Shown: positions 8,074-14,172 of the stretch, one piece after another
Position numbering within the stretch: position 1 is the stretch's first letter
Layout of the letters: every line of letters starts with the position of its first letter
NCBI RefSeq assembly: GCF_030758935.1
Contig: NZ_CP132333.1
Span: forward strand, 704,992 to 744,991
DNA from: Geothrix sp. PMB-07
GTDB lineage: Bacteria; Acidobacteriota; Holophagae; Holophagales; Holophagaceae
DNA: 40,000 nucleotides
Direction: 5' to 3'
Notes under the pieces: generated by a model
The model's database searches: none
Told to the model about the DNA's origin: nothing
The model's input: the letters and a program-made list of their open reading frames with translations, nothing else
Position numbers and translations under genes: made by a program

Positions 8074-8623
8074 GCGCCGAGTCAATCCAGAAATTGAAGT
8101 CGTCTTTGACAGAAGCGTAGACGCTGTCATAGGTGTCACAGATCAAATCTAGCCCAACATTTCCTTCAACTAAAAAGGCGCGAACAATCCGGTGTACTGC
8201 ACCACCGTATTCAATCGTTCCTTGAATAATAATTTTGTCGCCATGATCGATACTGGTTTCGATTCTCATCGGGTTTTTATTTTGTTTGAAGTCAGAAAAA
8301 TCTTTAAGAGAGGTGACTCCCTCTGGAAGGGGCATTAGCAAGATGGAGACAACGGGCCTAACTGCCACTCCATCCTTGTCGCGAATGGGTAGGCGCTTCA
8401 GCATCACTGCATTCAGATTTGGCTGAGGTTGATAGACCTCTTGAGTCGCGTCTTTCCAAATCGATTCGTCTGGGTTCACGAAACGAGCCTGAATCTGATT
8501 ATTGGGTAGTGATAAGGCCTGTTCCTTTGAGGCCTTACCAGCGCTTTGGAGCAATACGTGCGATCCGATAAACAGGAGGGTCGCAAACAGAATTCGATTG
8601 GAAACGATCAGTCGAATGTTCAT
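7952..8623 (-). CDS. Secreted hypothetical protein (223 aa); the C-terminal ~40 aa are encoded by its own attC
   Basis: ATG at 8623, 4 nt from the attC core. Signal-peptide-like N-terminus LFATLLFIGSHVLLQSAG. No stop occurs before the attC, and the frame closes at a TAG in the distal core (7952-7954). Confidence 0.6.
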   Translation of the reverse strand: MNIRLIVSNRILFATLLFIGSHVLLQSAGKASKEQALSLPNNQIQARFVNPDESIWKDATQEVYQPQPNLNAVMLKRLPIRDKDGVAVRPVVSILLMPLPEGVTSLKDFSDFKQNKNPMRIETSIDHGDKIIIQGTIEYGGAVHRIVRAFLVEGNVGLDLICDTYDSVYASVKDDFNFWIDSARLTPRSSRTPPALPSALSQHLAISAPLVVSAQAVPLSFLR

Positions 8624-8627
8624 AAGC

Positions 8628-8736
8628 GCCTAACGAGAGAAGCTAACCGGCCCTATTGCTGCGGGAACCTGGCTGCCGAATTGTTTGAGGACACTAGCGC
8701 GCAGCGATAGGGTCCGAGTTGAGCGAGAGGTTAGGC
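8628..8736 (-). repeat. attC site, class 1 (109 bp)
   Basis: GCCTAAC at 8628-8634 and GTTAGGC at 8730-8736. Confidence 0.9.
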
Positions 8737-8740
8737 GCAC

Positions 8741-9847
8741 TCAGATTGGGGAGTGCCAAACGGCATGATGCGACGAGGATAGGAACGACTCGATTAGTTC
8801 TGAAAGAAATACAGCCGAGGGGCGAGGATGGTCTACTTGGCGCTGTATGAGTGGATAGAGTTTTCGGACCCCATCCCAGGTTCGCACGAGTTTCTTGTTT
8901 CGGTGCTGGGTGTAGTTTTGGATTTCCTTTTCTGGGATGCGATCTCCGAGGATGACATCAGCCAGTGAGTAGACAAGGATTTCATCGAGCATGGCCGCCT
9001 CTGTATCACCACCTTCATCCGGTGCCTTTGAGGAGAGATCAAGCTTCCAGCGTTTCCGAGGGTACCGATCCGAGAAATCGAGGAATACTTCACGGGGGCG
9101 GAGGGATTTGTGAAGCGCTTCATGAAGGAAGATTCCGCAGCATCTTTGGATCGATTTTGGGGAAGCGCCAGGTTCCATCTCTGCGTAGATGCCTTCACCG
9201 TTTGCCCCACCCTGGGCGCTGGTTTTGCTGAAGGTATAAACCAGGAAGATCGGTAACTGATTCCACGCAGGACGCCCTTTTCTCGCGAAAACTCGAGTTA
9301 CACCGCGCAATGCCCTCATCTTTGCATCCAATCGATCCAACTCATCGCTCATCAGCGGTCTAACTTTTTCTAATTCGCGCATGCGACGGGCCAAGGGGTC
9401 CTGGTAGCCGGCCTGATTCCAGAAGTGATCAATGACCTCTTTGAGCTCCTTGTACTCCTTCGGGTAGCCGTTCAGGGGGAATCCTGCTTCCGCCCATAGG
9501 AAAAGGGCTGTCTCCTCACCGAAACCGAGAGGGCGTCTCGTAGCAGCATATCGGACGAGCCAAGATCTCGATTCCTCGTCTGGTTTCGGAATTCCAAGAA
9601 GCGCATAGTCCACGCTATCAGCAGGGCAAATTGGATCCCAGGCACTGATTGTGTCGACGAAGTGGAAGAAGGCCACTTGTTCAGAAAGACGGAGTGTCGG
9701 CTGGATCGTGGAGAGCGATGAGGCCTGCTTCCGTTCAGGCAGTTGGACAGAACCTTCTTCCGCCATCAGTGATGGCACGAGAAGGAATAAAAGAATCACT
9801 AGATGCTTGATTTTAATGGGAGATGGTTTCAAGGCTGTGCGCGACAT
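8741..9847 (-). CDS. Secreted protein with HExxH motif (368 aa), putative zinc metallopeptidase-like; integron cassette
   Basis: ATG at 9847, 5 nt from the attC core. Signal peptide HLVILLFLLVPSLMA. HEALH lies within GIFLHEALHKS. This is the largest cassette in the array. Confidence 0.65.
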   Translation of the reverse strand: MSRTALKPSPIKIKHLVILLFLLVPSLMAEEGSVQLPERKQASSLSTIQPTLRLSEQVAFFHFVDTISAWDPICPADSVDYALLGIPKPDEESRSWLVRYAATRRPLGFGEETALFLWAEAGFPLNGYPKEYKELKEVIDHFWNQAGYQDPLARRMRELEKVRPLMSDELDRLDAKMRALRGVTRVFARKGRPAWNQLPIFLVYTFSKTSAQGGANGEGIYAEMEPGASPKSIQRCCGIFLHEALHKSLRPREVFLDFSDRYPRKRWKLDLSSKAPDEGGDTEAAMLDEILVYSLADVILGDRIPEKEIQNYTQHRNKKLVRTWDGVRKLYPLIQRQVDHPRPSAVFLSELIESFLSSSHHAVWHSPI

Positions 9848-9852
9848 AGGGC

Positions 9853-9918
9853 GCCTAACGAGAGGAGTTTAGCGGACCAGGCGCTTGCGCCTGGGTCCGC
9901 TGCAACGGGGGGTTAGGC
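9853..9918 (-). repeat. attC site, class 3 (66 bp, short)
   Basis: GCCTAAC at 9853-9859 and GTTAGGC at 9912-9918. GCGGACCAGGCGC pairs with GCGCCTGGGTCCGC. Confidence 0.85.
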
Positions 9919-9924
9919 GCAACG

Positions 9925-10341
9925 CTAACAGCGATCATGATGTTTGGCCTTAGCGGCGTCTGCGACGAGGTTCTCGAGGACCTTCAAATCTACATCTGCA
10001 AGATTGCGGATATATAAGCAGCCCTTGCCAGCCTTGTGCTTACCCAATTTTGCAATGAGATCATCGTGGGTGGGAGCTGCATTGAGCCCATAGATGCTGA
10101 TGTCGCTCTTTCGAGAGGAAAACCCCACAAGGCAGGTATCGCCTTCCCGGCCACTCTCATATTTGTAGTGGTAGCTCCCGAAACCAACGATGCTGGTGCC
10201 CCACATTTTGGGGGTTTCCTTCGTGGCCTTCGACATCAGCTTGGTTAAAGTCTCACAGTCCTTGCGCCGGGCTGAATCTTGAATGCCTTCGATGTAGCTC
10301 TCGACGCTAGCCTCGGTAGCCTTGGTTTTGTTCTCAGCCAT
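9925..10341 (-). CDS. DUF1801 (YdhG-like) domain protein (138 aa), integron cassette
   Basis: SVESYIEGI...KMWGTSIVGFGSYHYKYESGREGD...GFSSRKSDISIY is the typical DUF1801 pattern. Confidence 0.85.
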   Translation of the reverse strand: MAENKTKATEASVESYIEGIQDSARRKDCETLTKLMSKATKETPKMWGTSIVGFGSYHYKYESGREGDTCLVGFSSRKSDISIYGLNAAPTHDDLIAKLGKHKAGKGCLYIRNLADVDLKVLENLVADAAKAKHHDRC

Positions 10342-10368
10342 GGTGACTCCTGATGAACGTGGTAAGGC

Positions 10369-10492
10369 GCCTAACGAAGGAAGCTAAGCGGCACCGCCTG
10401 CGCCGAGGCGAAGAGCAGAGCCGGGGTAGCAAAATGCTGAGAGAGAACGGAAGGCAATGCAGGCGGGGTCCGACTTGAGCGAGGGGTTAGGC
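10369..10492 (-). repeat. attC site, class 2 (124 bp)
   Basis: GCCTAAC at 10369-10375 and GTTAGGC at 10486-10492. The TAA stop of ORF 10487 lies in the core. Confidence 0.88.
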
Positions 10493-10909
10493 GTCGCTGG
10501 GCTTGGCGCCGGGGAACCATTCAGTATGTTGCTCGCCCTGGCGACCGAAATAGGTCACACGCTGCCCTCGGAGGAAGGCAAAGTAGCCTTGGACTCCTGC
10601 AGTAACAGCTCGCTCACTAAAATTGCGAAACTTCTGGCCGTGCTGTTGGCTATCAACAATGGCGGCTCGTAGTGAGACCTTGTCGAAGTCTTTGGCGATG
10701 GAAGGAAGGTCCTCGAAGGAAAGTGGAGCATGTGCCACAGCACCTTCAGCGCTATAGAAGGTGAAGGACTTAGAGGCATAGTCCACGAAGTAATACTCCA
10801 CCCCATTGCCTATGAGACTTGCCACGATCTCCGGGAACGGCATTGAGCCCGTGAGAGTGGCTCGGGCAGCTTTGAGGACTTCATTTGCATCCACGGCCTG
10901 AACCTCCAT
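10487..10909 (-). CDS. DUF1398-family protein (about 140 aa), integron cassette
   Basis: FPEIVASLIGNGVEYYFVDY...FRNFSERAVTAGVQGYFAFLRGQRVTYFGRQGEQHTEWFPG matches the DUF1398 pattern. The start is either ATG at 10909 or TTG at 10918. Confidence 0.75.
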   Translation of the reverse strand: MEVQAVDANEVLKAARATLTGSMPFPEIVASLIGNGVEYYFVDYASKSFTFYSAEGAVAHAPLSFEDLPSIAKDFDKVSLRAAIVDSQQHGQKFRNFSERAVTAGVQGYFAFLRGQRVTYFGRQGEQHTEWFPGAKPSDA

Positions 10910-10930
10910 GGTGAACAATGCTGGGGCGAC

Positions 10931-11054
10931 GCCTAACGAATGAAGCTCACCGGCCCCGCCTGCACCGAGGCGATGAACGAAGCCGAGGAAGCGAGAAGCT
11001 GAGAGAGAACGAAAGGCAATGCAGGCGGGGTCCGAGTGCAGCGCAGGGTTAGGC
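10931..11054 (-). repeat. attC site, class 2 (124 bp)
   Basis: GCCTAAC at 10931-10937 and GTTAGGC at 11048-11054. Confidence 0.88.
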
Positions 11055-11066
11055 CGGCCAGGGTAT

Positions 11067-11459
11067 TCACTTTTTCGCTTTGATTGGGTAGTGCCCGTTG
11101 ATCGGGAGTGGCTTCTTTTGGCCAGTTTCTTCTATGACGAAGATCGAGACACTGGCAGTTTGCCTATCGAGGTCAAGCACGACGCTACCCTCAAACTTGG
11201 ACCTCTCAGTGGCCGAATTGATATAGAGATTCATGTTGGCGCTGGAGTATGAATTACTCCTGTCTTTGAACTCAAAGCGGTAACTGTCTGAATCTCGATA
11301 CGGGCCGCACATCGCCCAGTGGGGGCCGCCATGGGTGTATTCCACCCAGAAGACACCGTTGCCATCTGGGTAAAAGGTTGGTTTCTTGCTTGAACAGCCT
11401 GAATTGAAGACAGTCGCCAAAAGGATTGCCATTCCTGTGATGAGCGCAGCATGTTTCAT
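11067..11459 (-). CDS. Putative lipoprotein (130 aa), integron cassette
   Basis: ATG at 11459, 5 nt from the attC core. Signal peptide AALITGMAILLATVFNSGC with a Cys at the predicted cleavage position. Confidence 0.62.
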   Translation of the reverse strand: MKHAALITGMAILLATVFNSGCSSKKPTFYPDGNGVFWVEYTHGGPHWAMCGPYRDSDSYRFEFKDRSNSYSSANMNLYINSATERSKFEGSVVLDLDRQTASVSIFVIEETGQKKPLPINGHYPIKAKK

Positions 11460-11464
11460 TGGCG

Positions 11465-11573
11465 GCCTAACGAAGGAAGCTAACCGGCCCTATTGCTGCG
11501 GGAACCAGGGAGCTGGATTGTTTGAGGACACTAGCGCGCAGCGATAGGGTCCGAGTTGAGCGGAAGGTTAGGC
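11465..11573 (-). repeat. attC site, class 1 (109 bp)
   Basis: GCCTAAC at 11465-11471 and GTTAGGC at 11567-11573. Confidence 0.9.
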
Positions 11574-11936
11574 ACCCGATGACGCTGGAACCCACCCGGT
11601 TTCCGAGATGCCCGGATTGAGTGCAGCGAATGGGATGCCGTCCGAGTGCGAAGAACGGCTGGGAAAGCCGAGCCCAAAGTCAAAGAGCTAAGGCGGATTG
11701 CGCCAGGGGTGAGGCAAGAGAAGGAACGGCGGAGCCAGGATGCCACGAGAAGCTGCTGGGTTCACCGAATGAATGGTGGAGAACGGCCGCGCAGCGCGGC
11801 AGCGCAAGCCCGCCATTCATGGCGAGCCTGAGCCACCGCGGCGCAGAGATTCGCGATTGGCAAAGCCAGAGCGCTGAACCCCGCACTCCGATTGAGAAGG
11901 ATCGAACCCGGAAGCTGATGGGAAAGCGCCGGGTGT
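11574..11936. repeat. ORF-less paralogous cassette, copy C (363 bp)
   Basis: First (leftmost) member of a run of three consecutive family members. No conserved frame, and the minus-strand frame has an in-frame stop here. Confidence 0.85.
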
Positions 11937-12045
11937 GCCTAACGAAAGAAGCTAACCGGCCCTATTGCTGCGGGGACACGGACGCTGAATTGTTTGAGGA
12001 CGCTATCGCGCAGCGATAGGGTCCGAGTTGAGCGGAAGGTTAGGC
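11937..12045 (-). repeat. attC site, class 1 (109 bp)
   Basis: GCCTAAC at 11937-11943 and GTTAGGC at 12039-12045. Confidence 0.9.
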
Positions 12046-12408
12046 ACCCGATGAAGCTGGAGCCTACTCGGACATTCGAGGCGCCCAGTCTGGGCGCAAC
12101 GGACGGGATGTCGCCCGAATGGGAAGGGCAGCTGGTTTGACCGAGCCCAAAGGCAAAGAACTGGGGTGGATTGCGCCAAGGGTGAGGCAAGGGAAGGAAC
12201 GGCGAAGCCATGTTGCCACGAGAGGCCACTGGATTCATCGAGTGAGTGGTGGAGAACGGCTGCGCAGCGCGACAGCGCAAGCCCGCCATTCATGGCGAGT
12301 CTGAGCCACCGGGGCGAAGAGATTCGCGACTGGCGAAGTCAGGGTGATAAACCCGCACTCGGATTGAGAAGGATCGAACCCGGAAGACGATGGGAAAGCG
12401 CCGGGTGT
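12046..12408. repeat. ORF-less paralogous cassette, copy D (363 bp)
   Basis: Family member. It carries a private perfect hairpin GCGCCCAGTCTGGGCGC where other copies read ATGCCCGGATTGGGTG. A 1-nt indel relative to C and E sits near 12350. Confidence 0.85.
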
Positions 12409-12516
12409 GCCTAACGAGTGAAGCTAACCGGCCCTATTGCTGCGGGACACGGGCGCTGAATTGTTTGAGGACACTAGCGCGCAGCGATAGGGTCCGAGTT
12501 GAGCGGAAGGTTAGGC
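12409..12516 (-). repeat. attC site, class 1 (108 bp)
   Basis: GCCTAAC at 12409-12415 and GTTAGGC at 12510-12516. Confidence 0.9.
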
Positions 12517-12880
12517 ACCCGATGAAGCTGGAGCCCACCCGGGCATTCGAGATGGCCGGATTGGGTACAGCGAATGGGGTGCCGACGGAGCGGGGAGAGC
12601 GGCAGGGAAAGCCGAGCCCAAAGGCAAAGAACTGAGGCGGATTGCGCCAGGGGTAAGGTGAGTGAAGGAACGGCGGAGCCAGGATGCCACGAGAAGCCGC
12701 TGGGTTCACCGGATGAGTGTTGGAGAACGGCTGCGCAGCGCGACAGCGCAAGCCCGCCATTCATGGCGAGTCTGAGCCACCGAGGCGGAGAGATTCACGA
12801 TTGGCGAAGCCAGTGTGCTGAACCCCGCACTCCGATTGAGAAGGATCGAACCCGGAAGACGATGGGAAAGCGCCGGGTGT
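12517..12880. repeat. ORF-less paralogous cassette, copy E (364 bp)
   Basis: Family member. I used it as the reference for the candidate helices described in the findings. Confidence 0.85.
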
Positions 12881-12988
12881 GCCTAACGAGAGAAGCTAAC
12901 CGGCCCTATTGCTGCGGGACACGGACGCTGAATTGTTTGAGGACACTAGCGCGCAGCGATAGGGTCCGAGTTGAGCGGAAGGTTAGGC
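12881..12988 (-). repeat. attC site, class 1 (108 bp)
   Basis: GCCTAAC at 12881-12887 and GTTAGGC at 12982-12988. Confidence 0.9.
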
Positions 12989-12997
12989 CTGCCAGGT

Positions 12998-13321
12998 TCA
13001 TTGTTGGGCCTGCTGAACACGAATCCAAATGGAAGAGGTCATGCCTTGCTGCCACACACCACGCAACAACTCCTTAAACCTAAGGTTATTCTTGGCCTCA
13101 TACTCGACCATGCTGATGATCTGGTCGCCATGGATAGAGAGTAGATCTTCTAACGGCCCAGCGGCCAGCATTGAGCGACGTTTCTCGGAATATGGCCGAG
13201 AGTTCGCCTCGAGGATGAATCGCCATGCTGAGAGGGGCTCATCTCTGATGAGGTCACGAAGCCGGTCTTCTGCAGCAAAGTGATCATGCAGAGAAGGATC
13301 TTCTGAGTCCGGATCTGGCAT
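12998..13321 (-). CDS. Hypothetical acidic protein (107 aa from Met at 13321); second gene of a two-gene cassette
   Basis: The ORF track starts at 13414 and would overlap the upstream gene by 80 nt. The internal ATG at 13321 lies 13 nt after the upstream stop. No family recognised. Confidence 0.5.
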   Translation of the reverse strand: MPDPDSEDPSLHDHFAAEDRLRDLIRDEPLSAWRFILEANSRPYSEKRRSMLAAGPLEDLLSIHGDQIISMVEYEAKNNLRFKELLRGVWQQGMTSSIWIRVQQAQQ

Positions 13322-13334
13322 AGGCGCGCCAATG

Positions 13335-13544
13335 TCATCGAGGTTCGAACCAATGAATGAAACCGCATTTCGCGCAGATAATGCAGTATTCAGTTGGCCC
13401 GGTCCATTCGACACCTAGCATTGTTGAACCCATTGTATGAAGCTGGGCTTCGCGTTTGAAAAACAAATCATGTTTACAAAATAGACAAACAATCGGACGG
13501 TCGTTGATTCTGTATTGCTGTGCTTCACGATGGAACAGGCTCAT
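13335..13544 (-). CDS. Small zinc-ribbon-like protein (69 aa; CxxC ... CxxCG); first gene of a two-gene cassette
   Basis: ATG at 13544 is preceded by CAGGAG. Cys pairs CLFC and CAKCG are spaced as in zinc ribbons. Confidence 0.5.
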   Translation of the reverse strand: MSLFHREAQQYRINDRPIVCLFCKHDLFFKREAQLHTMGSTMLGVEWTGPTEYCIICAKCGFIHWFEPR

Positions 13545-13559
13545 AGTGGCTCCTGTAGC

Positions 13560-13668
13560 GCCTAACGAGAGAAGCTAACCGGCCCTATTGCTGCGGGGAC
13601 CTGGCAGCTGAATTGTTTGAGGACTCTATCGCGCAGCGATAGGGTCCGAGTTGAGCGGAAGGTTAGGC
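13560..13668 (-). repeat. attC site, class 1 (109 bp)
   Basis: GCCTAAC at 13560-13566 and GTTAGGC at 13662-13668. This is the attC of the first cassette. Confidence 0.9.
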
Positions 13669-14029
13669 ACCCGATGAAGTTGAATCCCACTCGGGCGTTG
13701 AGATGCCCGGATTGGGTGGAACGAGCGGAATGCCGCCGGAACATGAAGGATGATCGGGGTGCCGAGCCCAAAGGCAAAGAACTGAGGCGGATTGCGCCAG
13801 GGGTGAGGCGAGGGACGGAACGGCGGAGCCAGGATGCCACGAGAAGCCGCTGGATTCACTGGTGGAGTGGCGGAGAACGGATGCGAAGCGCGACAGCGCA
13901 AGCCCGCCATTCATGGCGGATGTGGGTTACCAGGGTGAGGAGATTCGCGACTGGCGAAGCCTGGGCGCTGAACCCGCACTCCGATTGAGAAGGATCGAAC
14001 CCGGAAGACGATGGGAATGCGCCGGGTGT
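13669..14029. repeat. ORF-less paralogous cassette, copy F (361 bp); first, attI-proximal cassette
   Basis: Lies directly between the attI core (14030-14036) and the first attC. Full-length family member, closest to copy B. Confidence 0.85.
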
Positions 14030-14110
14030 GCCTAACGAGAATTGGACGGCGGTGGGTTGGGGGTGGGAGGTTCGTCTAGTTTGGGGGGAGGCCGTTGGGG
14101 GAGGGTTGGT
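14030..14110 (-). other. attI recombination region (core GTTAGGC read on the minus strand at 14036-14030)
   Basis: This is the last core site before intI. The sequence to its right is unique, has no attC scaffold and is G-rich (GGTGGGTTGGGGGTGGGAGG...TTTGGGGGGAGG...TTGGGGGAGGG). The extent of attI is estimated. Confidence 0.6.
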
Positions 14111-14144
14111 ATTTGATGGGGAATGGACGAACTTGGCTGAGGGC

Positions 14145-14172
14145 TTGACGAGCGAAAAAAAAGCGATAGATT
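14145..14172 (+). promoter_or_regulatory. Candidate intI promoter (TTGACG - 16 nt - TAGATT)
   Basis: A -35-like TTGACG at 14145-14150 and a -10-like TAGATT at 14167-14172, about 83 nt upstream of the intI start. Based on sequence pattern only. Confidence 0.35.

Noticed and set aside
12841-12856. tRNA T-arm-like GGGTTCGATCC (minus strand of AGGATCGAACCCGG) in every ORF-less cassette; I considered a tRNA- or tmRNA-like module
   Set aside because: The flanking bases do not form a T-stem. No acceptor or anticodon arm, or cloverleaf, can be drawn, and the loop is one base short of the TTCGAAT consensus.
65-13668. Regularly spaced, near-identical repeats could be mistaken for a CRISPR array
   Set aside because: The repeats are 66-124 bp imperfect palindromes with RYYYAAC/GTTRRRY ends. 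The sequences between them are 251-1116 bp and mostly hold whole genes. An integron integrase, not cas genes, is adjacent. These are attC sites.
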